Notes: generated by a model not told the origin, from the letters alone. A stretch of 64,000 bases of DNA from Dehalococcoidales bacterium (GCA_034418415.1 DAOULS010000111.1:1157-65156), one strand, 5' to 3'. Positions 46,976 through 56,974 are shown, numbered from the stretch's first letter. A program made the numbers and translations.

Positions 46976-49900
46976 CTATCTCTTTTTCCTCGTCAACAAC
47001 CTGCTTAAAAGTTCTCGAAGTTGTTTTACGCTGTAAGGCTTGGCGATAACAGCCTTAAATCCATATTTCCTATAGTCGGACATAATCGGGTCGGTAGCAT
47101 AACCGCTGGACACGATTACGGTAGCTTGAGGGTCTATTTCCAGTAGCTTTTTTACCGCTTCTTTGCCGCCCATGCCTCCCGGAATGGTCAGGTCCATGAT
47201 AACGGCATTAAACGGGTCTCTTGCCTTTTTTGCCTGCTGGTATTTTTCCAGAGCTTCAACTCCGTCAGCTGAAACCTCCACTATGTAGCCGGCCATTCCC
47301 AACATATTCTTCAGCATTTTCCTGATTACTTCTTCGTCGTCCATTATCAATATCTTGCCGCCCGCCTGCCTGGATTCCTCGACTGTCAATTTTTTAGCTC
47401 CTTTCAATGCTTTTTTCGTCGCCGGCAAATAAATATGGAAACTCGAGCCTTTATTTTGTGTGGATTCTACGAGTATAGCGCCGTTGTGGTTCTTGACCAC
47501 GGAATATGCCGTCGTCAGTCCCAGTCCGCTTCCTCTCTGTTTGGTGGTGAAATAAGGCTCGAATATACTCTGGAGTTGTTCACGGGACATGCCTATCCCC
47601 GTGTCTGTGATATCTACACGGATATAGTTGCCTCCTCGGAGAGGCAAAGCATCACTTTTCTTTACAGCCTGGTTTACGGCGCTGATTTTTAGTCTCCCGC
47701 CAATCGGCATGGCTTCATCGGCGTTAATAACCAGGTTGTTAATGACCTGGCTGATTTGCCCCTCGTCAGCTTCTATCGGCCACAATTCATCTGAAAAAGA
47801 TAATTCCAGCTTGACCTTAGAACCTCTCAAAGCGAACTCGGCGGATCCTTTAATTAGATCGGCGGCGTTAACCAGTTTCTTCAACGGTTTACCGCCTTTA
47901 GCAAAGGTTAAAAGCTGCTGTGTCAGGTCTCTGGCTCGTACCGCAGCTCCTTCCGCTTCGTCAAGCATCTCATAAGTGGGGTCGGAGGAGGAAATATATG
48001 TCTTTACCAGGCCGATGTTTCCCATGATGCCCGTCAGAAGGTTATTAAAATCGTGCGCGATGCCACCCGCCAGCATTCCGATTGTTTCCATCTTGGCCAT
48101 ACGCAATCGCTCCTGCTCCTGCAATTCATTAGCGGCCACTAATTCCATATCGCGGAGAGCGAAAGCTATATCCATGGCAACCTCGTCAAAGAGGGAAATT
48201 TCCTCTGTATCCTGTATCAATTTCTTGGATATTGAAGCGCACAGGATACCATAGTTTTTCCCTTCTATTTCCAGCCTGACGGTCATACTTCCAGTGTCGG
48301 CGTTGCCACATTGCGTCGGGCAACCCTTGCAGGCTTTTAACTGGTCTTCGGTTATTACCACTTGCTTGTTACTTAACGCCTTCTTAACGCATTGGGGTAT
48401 TTCCCCTTGTTTCAACGATTCAATCAAAGCAGGGAACTCCTTGTTCATATTCGCCCCGGCCCAGATAACAGGCTGCTGGTTCTCATCGAGCAGGACAATC
48501 CAGGTGCTTATAAAACTCCGGCTCTCCACCAGGCTGTCGCAGACTTTCTGGATAAGCAGACTGCGGTCCTTCTCCCGGGTAATCAACTGGTCGACGTTAC
48601 GTACGGAACGCAGCATGAGGTTGAGATGGTTGATTCTTTCTTCCGCCTCTTTTCTCTCCGTTATATCCAGCGCCGATACTACCAGGCATTTAATACCACG
48701 CAGCATTATTTGTTCTGCGGAAAACAGAAGCGTCCTGATTTCACCGGATTTAGTACGCATCAATATCTCAAAGTCCTTTAGCCGTCCCTCGGTATTAATT
48801 ATGTTGTAAAATTCCCTTCGCTGTTCCGGGTTAAACCATAAATTAAGCTCAAGTGTAGTCTTACCGATGATTTCCCGTCGCTCATAGCCGGTTATACGTG
48901 TATGTTCTGCATTAGCGTCGATGAACCGCCCTTCATCCATTGTAAGGACGGATCCCAGATTAGGAGAGGCATGAAAAGCTTTGTTGAACCTCTCCTCGCT
49001 TTCTTTGATAACCTCCTCGGCACGTTTCCGCTCGGTTATATCCAGTATCGTTGCAGTGATACCCTTGGAAGGGTCATCGGGGTCAAGGGGGGCCGAGTTT
49101 AGTATTACATTCAGGGCAGTTCCATCTTTATGTCTTAAGCGGGTCTCGAGGGTGCCGGTTCCCGTAGCAGTCATCTGACTATATATTTTACCTGCGTACT
49201 CATATTCTTCGTTGCTGTTGTATACTATTTGTGACGATTGGCCGAGGAGTTCATCGCGCGTATAACCTACCATTTCACAGAACCCCTCGTTTACTTCGGT
49301 GAAAGTACGGTCAACCAGCACGACGATACCTATGGGGGCCACACTGAAAATAGAACTCACTCTATCCTCGCTAGCCTTGCGAGCCTCCTCCGCCTCTTTC
49401 TGCTCGGTGATATCTTGAGCGAAACCTACCAGGCCGATTACTTTGCCGTCATTATCTAAAATGGGGATTTTATCCGTTTGCACCCATCTCATTCCTGCGG
49501 CAGACTCGTATTGTTCTAAGATGTTCAACTTGGGGTGTCCTGTAGTGAAGACCTCTCGGTCGTCGTTTGACATGCCTTGTGCGATGTCTTTTGAAAATAG
49601 GTCAAAAACTGTTTTCCCTAATAAATCTTTCTCGGCCATATTCAAAGCTGTTGCCATAGCCTTATTGATCCGTAGGAATTTACCCTTTAAATCCTTATAA
49701 AATACCAGAATTGGGGCTGAATCGATTATCAGCTTTATTTCCTCACTATCTCTCTCCAGCTGCTCTTCCATTCTTTTCCGTTCGGTGGTATCTCGGATTA
49801 TCATGCTGGTTCTGGCTTTGCCGTCCTTATCGTAAAATACCTTGCTGGATAATTCGATGGGAAATTTGGTTCCGTCGGCACGAACGCCGATAAGATCTCC

Positions 49901-52183
49901 GGAAAACTCACCGGTCGCCTTACGTTTTTCAAGTGCTTTTTCCAGCCGGGGGTCGGCTACATCGATTACACCGCCTCTTCCAATGCGGCAGATGTCCTCC
50001 TCACTCCTCCCGAACATCCGGCAAGCTTCAGGATTTGCCGCTAAAATTCCTCCATCCAGGGATGTCAGCAGGATGGCATCTTTGCTGTTTTCAAAAATCA
50101 GACGGTACCTCTCCTCGGACTCCTGCAGGGCTTTCTCTGCTTTCTTCTGCTCGGTAATATCAGAAAAAGTGGTATAGACCCGATAGGGGATTGTTTCCCC
50201 CTCTCTGAATTCCGGAATGGCGCTAACTAAAATCCATTTATGTTCGTTAATTTTTGGATTAAAAACTCCCATAACTACGTTTTCCACGGCTTTACCGGTG
50301 CGTAGCGCCACCATTGAGGGGTGTTCTTCGCCGGGGAAATCGGTACCGTTTTCATATATGCTTTTCCAGCGCGGGTCTGTTGATGTCCTGCCTAATATCT
50401 GGTCTATAGACAGCCCCAGAATACGTTGCGCCGCCGGATTAGCGGATATTATCTTTCCGTCAGCTAACTGATATATAACACCCTGCGCCATTGTCTCGAA
50501 CAGGCTGCGGAACCTTGTCTCACTCTCTTCTAGTGCATCTTCCGCCTGCTTCCGCTCGGTAATATCTGATGCAATCGATATTAGATACGGCTCTTCTTTC
50601 AGGGTAATTTTTGCTATAGATAGACTAAACGTCCGTATTTCTCCCGATTTTGCTCTGAATCTCACCTCGGCATTTGATACTGCCCTTCTTTTTTCCAACG
50701 ACTCTGCCATCGACCCTCTTTGCTTGGGGTCGTGCCACAAATTTAATTCGAGAGTTGTATGGCCGATTAGTTCCTTACGGCTGTATCCCGTAGCCTGGCA
50801 ATATGCATCGTTTACTTCAATTATTTGGCCTTCCTTTAGCGTTGAAATTAACATCAGGTTGGGAGAATCGCGGAATGCCAGCGAAAACATCTGCTGGCTT
50901 TCTTTCAGCGCCTCCTCTGCCTGTTTCTGCTCGGTGATGTCCCTTTGTACGGAAAGAAGGCATTTCTTATTGCCTATTAGAATGGGTTCAGCGGAATACT
51001 CCCAGGTGCGTATTTCGCCCGATTTGGTGCGGAATTGATATACTTCCTGGCTTACCCTACCGTTCTTTTCAAGTGATTGTTGTATTTTGGCGCTGTCTTC
51101 CGGGTTGACCCAGAGGTTTAGCTCGAGTGTGCTGTGCTCTATCATCTCATTTAGGGAATAACCCGTGTTTTTAACGGCGGCATCATTAGCATCGATGATA
51201 ATACCATCGTCGAGTGTGATAATCATCACAGCGTCGGGACTGGAACGGAAGGCTTTAGAAAACATCTCCTCCGTCTGTCTAAGCGCGTCATACATTTTTT
51301 TCCTGTCAGTTATATCCCGCACGATGACTATATCAATCAGTTTTTGTCTGAAATTAATCAGATTGGCGCTTATCTCTGTATGTACCGTAGTGCCGTCTCT
51401 GGATATAATATCCAGCTCGTACCGGTCCGGTACTTTCATGCCGGCAACTCTTTGCTTGTACATCTCCGCGGCATTGTTTTTTTGTTCCGGCACGATGAAA
51501 TCGATAAACGGTTTGTCGATCAACTCTTCCATAGCATAACCGGATATTTCCAGCATTTTTGAATTACAATATCGGATAAGTCTGTCTTCGATATAAACAA
51601 TGCCGTCATTGCCCTGCTCGACGAGGCTGTGATATTTTTCCTCGCTATCTTTCAGCGCTGCCTCGACCCTTTTTCGCTCTGTAATGTCTTCGTACATGGC
51701 CATGTACTGCTTTTCTCCACCCCACATTACCTCCCGGCGGAATACCATCAGGTTTCTCACCTCTCCGTCAGGCCGTCTGATGCCAAGTTCATATTCTCCA
51801 GGAACATGCTCATTTAGTTTTCGTTTCCTCTTTCTTTCCTGGAAGGCAGCATAACTCTCTGGCGTATAAAGGTCGCTCTTTTTGACCGCCGCCAGCTCTT
51901 CTACCGTCTTATACCCGAAGATATCCAGGGCTGCTTTATTGGCATAAATCAGGTCGCCATCCTCCGTCACGATGCGAACCCCCAGCGGGCAGGTATCCAT
52001 AGAATTCTTGAAGTTCCGTTCAGAGGCAAGGTAGGCCTGGGCCAGGTCGATGGTATCTACGTCAGGTATATTGTTATCGCCTCCAGCAGCATTTTTCACA
52101 GTCTGCTGGAATTTGCCCAGAAGTTCTTCGACCTTCGTCAATCTTTTTTTAAGTTCTTCATAAGTAGGTTTTTTAATTTTCAT
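46976..52183 (-). CDS. Cytoplasmic hybrid histidine kinase: 9 PAS + GAF + HisKA + HATPase + REC
   Basis: Nine PAS units ending in DITE/DTTE; AGGIAHDFNNLL; GSGLGL; C-terminal ILIMDDEE..IMDLTIPGG. Confidence 0.92.
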   Translation of the reverse strand: MKIKKPTYEELKKRLTKVEELLGKFQQTVKNAAGGDNNIPDVDTIDLAQAYLASERNFKNSMDTCPLGVRIVTEDGDLIYANKAALDIFGYKTVEELAAVKKSDLYTPESYAAFQERKRKRKLNEHVPGEYELGIRRPDGEVRNLMVFRREVMWGGEKQYMAMYEDITERKRVEAALKDSEEKYHSLVEQGNDGIVYIEDRLIRYCNSKMLEISGYAMEELIDKPFIDFIVPEQKNNAAEMYKQRVAGMKVPDRYELDIISRDGTTVHTEISANLINFRQKLIDIVIVRDITDRKKMYDALRQTEEMFSKAFRSSPDAVMIITLDDGIIIDANDAAVKNTGYSLNEMIEHSTLELNLWVNPEDSAKIQQSLEKNGRVSQEVYQFRTKSGEIRTWEYSAEPILIGNKKCLLSVQRDITEQKQAEEALKESQQMFSLAFRDSPNLMLISTLKEGQIIEVNDAYCQATGYSRKELIGHTTLELNLWHDPKQRGSMAESLEKRRAVSNAEVRFRAKSGEIRTFSLSIAKITLKEEPYLISIASDITERKQAEDALEESETRFRSLFETMAQGVIYQLADGKIISANPAAQRILGLSIDQILGRTSTDPRWKSIYENGTDFPGEEHPSMVALRTGKAVENVVMGVFNPKINEHKWILVSAIPEFREGETIPYRVYTTFSDITEQKKAEKALQESEERYRLIFENSKDAILLTSLDGGILAANPEACRMFGRSEEDICRIGRGGVIDVADPRLEKALEKRKATGEFSGDLIGVRADGTKFPIELSSKVFYDKDGKARTSMIIRDTTERKRMEEQLERDSEEIKLIIDSAPILVFYKDLKGKFLRINKAMATALNMAEKDLLGKTVFDLFSKDIAQGMSNDDREVFTTGHPKLNILEQYESAAGMRWVQTDKIPILDNDGKVIGLVGFAQDITEQKEAEEARKASEDRVSSIFSVAPIGIVVLVDRTFTEVNEGFCEMVGYTRDELLGQSSQIVYNSNEEYEYAGKIYSQMTATGTGTLETRLRHKDGTALNVILNSAPLDPDDPSKGITATILDITERKRAEEVIKESEERFNKAFHASPNLGSVLTMDEGRFIDANAEHTRITGYERREIIGKTTLELNLWFNPEQRREFYNIINTEGRLKDFEILMRTKSGEIRTLLFSAEQIMLRGIKCLVVSALDITERKEAEERINHLNLMLRSVRNVDQLITREKDRSLLIQKVCDSLVESRSFISTWIVLLDENQQPVIWAGANMNKEFPALIESLKQGEIPQCVKKALSNKQVVITEDQLKACKGCPTQCGNADTGSMTVRLEIEGKNYGILCASISKKLIQDTEEISLFDEVAMDIAFALRDMELVAANELQEQERLRMAKMETIGMLAGGIAHDFNNLLTGIMGNIGLVKTYISSSDPTYEMLDEAEGAAVRARDLTQQLLTFAKGGKPLKKLVNAADLIKGSAEFALRGSKVKLELSFSDELWPIEADEGQISQVINNLVINADEAMPIGGRLKISAVNQAVKKSDALPLRGGNYIRVDITDTGIGMSREQLQSIFEPYFTTKQRGSGLGLTTAYSVVKNHNGAILVESTQNKGSSFHIYLPATKKALKGAKKLTVEESRQAGGKILIMDDEEVIRKMLKNMLGMAGYIVEVSADGVEALEKYQQAKKARDPFNAVIMDLTIPGGMGGKEAVKKLLEIDPQATVIVSSGYATDPIMSDYRKYGFKAVIAKPYSVKQLRELLSRLLTRKKR

Positions 52184-52189
52184 GGTTCA

Positions 52190-52290
52190 AACCCCATAAG
52201 CCGGGGTTACTTACTGGCTGTTCTAAATGAAATGAGCGTCTTACATTGCTATCACCGATACATTATCTCCTGATAGCGCCGACGCTCATT
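52190..52290 (-). promoter_or_regulatory. Structured 5' leader candidate of the hybrid kinase
   Basis: Nested inverted repeats aatgagcgtc/gacgctcatt and gctatca/tgatagc; an aacccc/ggggtt hairpin covers the RBS. Confidence 0.4.
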
Positions 52291-52575
52291 AATCCATACA
52301 GCACCCCCCAAACTCATCAGTCAGAGGTCAAAAGTATTAAGTTTATTTCAAAACACCAATAATATTTAAGTGTATATTCCGTTTAAAAGTATTGTCAAGT
52401 GGCAAACGAATACCCAGCCGATAGCCATGTGACCTGTATTTTAGACGATTCTCGCGCTCTTTTTTATTCTATTGATTGTATGTTATGTTTAGCTTCTGCT
52501 TGACACCTTGAGCCTGTAATTGCTACACTTTTCTTGTTTCCCCCTGAACACAGTTGGGGCGGATTACGTAAGGAA

Positions 52576-53433
52576 ATGAACATAAAAAAAGTCGGTATCC
52601 TCTACCATCCGATGGTCGAAGCTACACTTGCCAAGGCCAAGGAACTGGAAAGCTCCTTGACCATGCAGGGAGTCGCTGCCTGGAAATGCTCCTCCTGGGA
52701 AAAAGAGGAGGTTCAGGCTATGCTCGAAGGCACCGACCTGCTTTTAACCGTAGGCGGCGATGGCACGATTCTCCGCGCGGTGCAGGCCGTCATCCCGGGT
52801 GTTACTCCTATTACCGGTATCAATCAGGGTAAGCTCGGCTTTCTGACGGAACTGGATGCTGCTGAAGCGATACAGAAATTGCCCCTGCTGTTTACCGGCC
52901 AGGGCTGGCTCGACGAGCGTGCCATGTTGCAGGCAGAGCTTGTATCACAAGGCCAGGAGCCGCGTGTTTTTCATGCCTTGAACGATATCGTCATCGCGCG
53001 GGGTGAAATCCCCCGCGTTATCCGTATCGAAGCTGCCATTGATGGCCAGCCGCTTACTGCCTTCAAAACCGATGCTCTGGTTGTCTCCACGGCAACCGGC
53101 AGTACCGGCTATGCCCTCGCCGCGCGGGGTCCCATTATGCACCCACAGTCCCGCGATATCCTGCTCGTGCCGGTAGCCCCCCATCTAAGCCTCTCTTATC
53201 CCCTCGTCCTGCCGGAAACCGCCGAGGTTCGTTTACGTCTTAACACCTACCATCCTGCTGCTTTAAACGTGGATGGCCATATCAATCTGTCCATGTCTGA
53301 TGGCGATACGGTTATTATCAGGCGCAGCCCGCATGTCGCGCGGTTTTTTAGAATACGCGCTGAAAATTCGTTTTATCTATCTCTGGAAGACAAATTGAAA
53401 GGAAAACAAGGTGAGTCAGGTAGAAAAAGCTAA
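52576..53433 (+). CDS. nadK: NAD kinase
   Basis: VGGDGT, GINQGKLGFL, ALND, STATGSTGY, VDG. Start at ATG 52576 (track start 52534). Confidence 0.92.
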   Translation: MNIKKVGILYHPMVEATLAKAKELESSLTMQGVAAWKCSSWEKEEVQAMLEGTDLLLTVGGDGTILRAVQAVIPGVTPITGINQGKLGFLTELDAAEAIQKLPLLFTGQGWLDERAMLQAELVSQGQEPRVFHALNDIVIARGEIPRVIRIEAAIDGQPLTAFKTDALVVSTATGSTGYALAARGPIMHPQSRDILLVPVAPHLSLSYPLVLPETAEVRLRLNTYHPAALNVDGHINLSMSDGDTVIIRRSPHVARFFRIRAENSFYLSLEDKLKGKQGESGRKS

Positions 53434-53866
53434 AATTACCGATGCCCAGCAAATACACAAGCTTGTCAACAAATTTTCTGAAAAAGGCTTGATGCTCGCC
53501 AGGCCTTTGAGCGAGATATACGAGTGTATCCGCGACTTTTTTGTGGTTAAAGAAGACTCGAAGGTGGTTGCCTGTGCTGCTCTGCATGTCAGCTGGGACG
53601 ACCTCGCGGAAATACGGTCGATGGCTGTTTTTGAAGATAAACAAAAAACAGGTCTGGGAGCCATGCTTGTGGCTGCCTGTCTGAAGGAAGCGGAGGAACT
53701 CGGCATCAATACGATATTCTGCTTTACCTACCAGCCGGACTTTTTCAAGCGCTACAAGTTTGTTGATATTGATAAAAAAGAGCTCCCCCGCAAGGTCTGG
53801 ACGGACTGCTTTCGCTGCCCCAAGTTCCCCGACTGTGATGAGACCGCACTGATATATCATGGCTAA
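53411..53866 (+). CDS. argA: Stand-alone GNAT amino-acid N-acetyltransferase (short ArgA type)
   Basis: MLAR.LSEIYE..RDF, LAEIRSMAV, ELPRKVWTDC..CPKFPDCDE. Confidence 0.75.
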   Translation: MSQVEKAKITDAQQIHKLVNKFSEKGLMLARPLSEIYECIRDFFVVKEDSKVVACAALHVSWDDLAEIRSMAVFEDKQKTGLGAMLVAACLKEAEELGINTIFCFTYQPDFFKRYKFVDIDKKELPRKVWTDCFRCPKFPDCDETALIYHG

Positions 53867-54413
53867 AAAGAAGACTACGGATATTGCCGAAAAGACCCTT
53901 AAGCGCAGGTATGTCTTCGAAGGACGCCTTATCAAGGTGCGTGTGGATACTGTCGATACTGCTCACGGACACGCCGAGCGTGAAATCGTCGAGCACCCCG
54001 ATGCCGTCGTCATGGTCGCTCTGGACAAGGACGATAATGTTCTGCTGGTCAGCCAGTACCGTGCCCCGCTGGGGAAAAGACTGCTGGAGATTCCAGCCGG
54101 AGTTATTGAAAAAGCTGAAGACGCCGAAGCCACGGTGATTCGTGAGATGCAGGAGGAGACGGGTTATAAGCCGCAAAAAGTTGAGTTCTTATGCGGCTTT
54201 TATACCTCTCCCGGCTTCAGCAACGAATACCTGCATCTTTATTTAGTCAGGGACTTAGTCCCCTCGCGTCTTGAAGCCGAAGACACTGCCGGCATCGAAC
54301 TCGTGCGCGTGCCGGTATCACAGATAAAGGAACTGATTACTTCGGGTAAGATACAGGATGCCAAGACCATAGCAGGACTGTTACTGTTTCTGGAATATCG
54401 TAAAAGCCGCTAG
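53859..54413 (+). CDS. NUDIX hydrolase (ADP-ribose pyrophosphatase-like)
   Basis: VSQYR, EIPAG, REMQEETG, YTSPGFSNE, DAKT. Confidence 0.9.
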   Translation: MAKKKTTDIAEKTLKRRYVFEGRLIKVRVDTVDTAHGHAEREIVEHPDAVVMVALDKDDNVLLVSQYRAPLGKRLLEIPAGVIEKAEDAEATVIREMQEETGYKPQKVEFLCGFYTSPGFSNEYLHLYLVRDLVPSRLEAEDTAGIELVRVPVSQIKELITSGKIQDAKTIAGLLLFLEYRKSR

Positions 54414-54417
54414 CTCT

Positions 54418-54786
54418 CTAGTTCACCCACTTTAACGGGCGTCCGCCCATCAGGTGTATGTGCAGGTGCTGTACCAGTTGACCCCCGTGCGCCCCGCAGT
54501 TGATGGTCAGCCGGTAGCCGTTTTTGGCGAGCCCCTGCTCCTTGGCTACTTTGTTGGCGGCCGCCACCATCTTCCCCACCAGCGCCGCATCGCTTTCCTC
54601 CATGTCCACCAGCGAAGCTATATGCTTGACGGGCACTACCAGCAGGTGTACCGGCGCTACCGGGTTAATATCCGGGAAAATAACTACGTCCTCGTCGCGG
54701 TAGATGATATTCGAAGCTATTTCACCGCCGATAATCTTGCAGAAAATGCAGTCCGACTTGCTTTGTTCGGGGGCCATCTTTAACAC
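54418..54786 (-). CDS. HIT-family nucleotide hydrolase
   Basis: DCIFCKII, DINPVAPVH, GQLVQHLHIHLMGG. Confidence 0.92.
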   Translation of the reverse strand: MLKMAPEQSKSDCIFCKIIGGEIASNIIYRDEDVVIFPDINPVAPVHLLVVPVKHIASLVDMEESDAALVGKMVAAANKVAKEQGLAKNGYRLTINCGAHGGQLVQHLHIHLMGGRPLKWVN

Positions 54787-54808
54787 CCCTTTTCCCGATA
54801 ATTAGAAA

Positions 54809-55231
54809 TTATAAATCCACCCAGACCTTGGGCGCGCCGACCGGTGAGGGCGGGCCTTTCATGTCGAGGATGGTTGCCCTGGCGTTCTTCAACTTAAAAA
54901 CGCCCACGTAGTCCCAGCCGTTTTCATCCACCCCCGGTTTGTAGAAGGTACGCTTCTCCGCGACCTCTTCCTTGAACGCCTGGTCCTTTATCTCCTCCAT
55001 CTGCCCGACTACCCTTATCTGAACACCATCGGCAAAGTAACACAGTTCGGTGGCAGGGTTTTTAATCAGCTGCTTGTAAACGTCCTTGGGTGACTGCATG
55101 GCGAAGATGATGCCGTTTTCGTCGGCCCGGTAGGTCCCCATGGCGCGAACGTGCGGCGTATTGCCTTCGGCGGTAGCCATGTAGGCGACGGGGTTTTTGG
55201 TAATGAATGCCAGGATTTCTGTTTTATCCAT
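54809..55231 (-). CDS. Pyridoxamine 5'-phosphate oxidase-like FMN-binding protein, copy 1
   Basis: YMATAEGNTPHVRAM, KQLIKNPATELCY, QIRVVG. Confidence 0.8.
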   Translation of the reverse strand: MDKTEILAFITKNPVAYMATAEGNTPHVRAMGTYRADENGIIFAMQSPKDVYKQLIKNPATELCYFADGVQIRVVGQMEEIKDQAFKEEVAEKRTFYKPGVDENGWDYVGVFKLKNARATILDMKGPPSPVGAPKVWVDL

Positions 55232-55242
55232 GAATCTGCTCC

Positions 55243-55662
55243 TTATGATAAATCGACCGGGGTTATGCCGCCCGTCATGTTCTGCATCGACCAGGTGGAA
55301 GCCTCCACCGGCTTTAGCCTGAAAACAGCCATGTGGTCCAGGCCGAATTTTTCAATGTTAGGTTTTAAGAACGGGTATTTATCCACGATTGCCTGTTTGA
55401 GTGTATTGTCTTTAAGTTCTTCTACCCGGCCGCTGACCCGAAGCTGGGTGCCATCGGCGAAGTAGCAGACCTCCGTCTCTGGGTTGGCAAGCAGCTGTTT
55501 GCAGACGTTCTTGGGATAACTGGTGAAATAGATAATGCCGTTTTCGTCGGCCCGGAAACATCCCATGCCGCGTACGTGCGGCTTGTTGCCGTCCACCGTA
55601 GCCATGTAGCCCATGGGATTTTTGGTGATGAATGCGTACATTTCCGCTTTGTTCATAATCAT
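55243..55662 (-). CDS. Pyridoxamine 5'-phosphate oxidase-like FMN-binding protein, copy 2
   Basis: YMATVDGNKPHVRGM, KQLLANPETEVCY, QLRVSG. Confidence 0.8.
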   Translation of the reverse strand: MIMNKAEMYAFITKNPMGYMATVDGNKPHVRGMGCFRADENGIIYFTSYPKNVCKQLLANPETEVCYFADGTQLRVSGRVEELKDNTLKQAIVDKYPFLKPNIEKFGLDHMAVFRLKPVEASTWSMQNMTGGITPVDLS

Positions 55663-55719
55663 CCTCCGCTTTTTTGGTCTTCACAATTCTAATAGGCTGA
55701 CTTTTTATTGTCAAATGAA

Positions 55720-56805
55720 TCAGCGGAGTTTGTTGATTACGGCGTCCGCCACCTGTGATGTCCCCACGGCCGCAGGGTCGTCGCGGCGCTCTTTCATGTC
55801 GTAGGTGACGCTCTTGCCCTCTTTGATGACCGCCGCGATGGCGCTTTCCAGTCGGTCCGCCGCCTTATCCTCCCCGATGTGCCGCAGCATCAGCACCCCG
55901 GAGAGCATCATCGCCATGGGGTTGACCTTGTTCTTGCCCCTGTACTTGGGCGCGCTGCCGTGGGTCGGCTCGAAAAGCGCAATATCCTCCCCGATGTTCG
56001 CTCCCGGCGCCAGACCCAGGCCTCCCACCAGCCCCGCACAGAGGTCGGAGATGATATCGCCGTAGAGATTGGGGGCGACGATGACGTCGTACTCCTGCGG
56101 TCTTCTCACCAGCTGCATGCAGAGGTTATCGATGAGGGCTTCCTGGAACTCGATATCCGGGTAGTCTTGAGCCACCTCCCGCGCCACCGAGAGGAAAAGT
56201 CCATCGGAGAACTTCATGATATTGGCTTTCTGCGTCGCCGTCACCTTTTTGCGTCCGTAGCGGCGGGCGTACTCGAAGGCGTATTTCACGATGCGCCGCG
56301 TGCCGTGTTCGGTAATCATCTTGATACTGATAGCGGCATCATCTCCGATGACGTTACCTTGCTTGAGTTTGATGAACTTCGCCAGGAATTTGACTTCCGC
56401 ACTCCCTCTCTCGTATTCAATCCCTGCGTAAAGGTCTTCCGTGTTCTCGCGGACGATGACGATATCAACATTACTGAAGGGGGTCGGCGCGCCGGGATAG
56501 CTCTTGCAGGGACGCAGGCAGGCGTAGAGGTCTAATGCCTTGCGCATGGCGACGTTGACGCTGCGGAAGCCCGTGCCAATGGGGGTGGTCACGGGGCCCT
56601 TGAGCGCCACTTTGTTCTTCTTGATGGACTTGATGACGCGGTCGGGCAGGGGAGTGCCCTCTTTTTCCATGACCTCGGCGCCGGCGTAAGCCAGCTCCCA
56701 GTCGAACCGCACGCCCGTGGCTTCCAGCACGCGTCGCGTTGCTTCGGTGATTTCCGGTCCCACCCCGTCGCCGGGTATTAAGGTGATTTTATGCGGTGAG
56801 TTCAT
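55720..56805 (-). CDS. Isocitrate/isopropylmalate dehydrogenase family enzyme, IDH-type substrate loop
   Basis: LIPGDGVGPE, KGPVTTPIGTGFRSVNV, RENTEDLY, KANIMK, NLYGDI.SDL, FEPTHGSAP. Confidence 0.9.
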   Translation of the reverse strand: MNSPHKITLIPGDGVGPEITEATRRVLEATGVRFDWELAYAGAEVMEKEGTPLPDRVIKSIKKNKVALKGPVTTPIGTGFRSVNVAMRKALDLYACLRPCKSYPGAPTPFSNVDIVIVRENTEDLYAGIEYERGSAEVKFLAKFIKLKQGNVIGDDAAISIKMITEHGTRRIVKYAFEYARRYGRKKVTATQKANIMKFSDGLFLSVAREVAQDYPDIEFQEALIDNLCMQLVRRPQEYDVIVAPNLYGDIISDLCAGLVGGLGLAPGANIGEDIALFEPTHGSAPKYRGKNKVNPMAMMLSGVLMLRHIGEDKAADRLESAIAAVIKEGKSVTYDMKERRDDPAAVGTSQVADAVINKLR

Positions 56806-56870
56806 ATACTCCTAATTATTCGTTTTTTAATCGTTTTTTCAAGATTTTTTCATAGCTAAACAGCTTCAAG

Positions 56871-56974
56871 GGTATTCGTTTTATTCGTTTTTCAATAAAA
56901 TTTTTTTGGTGTCTTAGCTTTGGGTCGTAGCTGATTTGTTTTTATTTGTTTTAGAGTTATGTTTAATCGTTATG
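56871..56974 (+). repeat. Dispersed ~100-bp AT-rich repeat, copy C (partial extra copy at ~56818-56850)
   Basis: Aligns with A (92/101) and with B. Confidence 0.9.
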
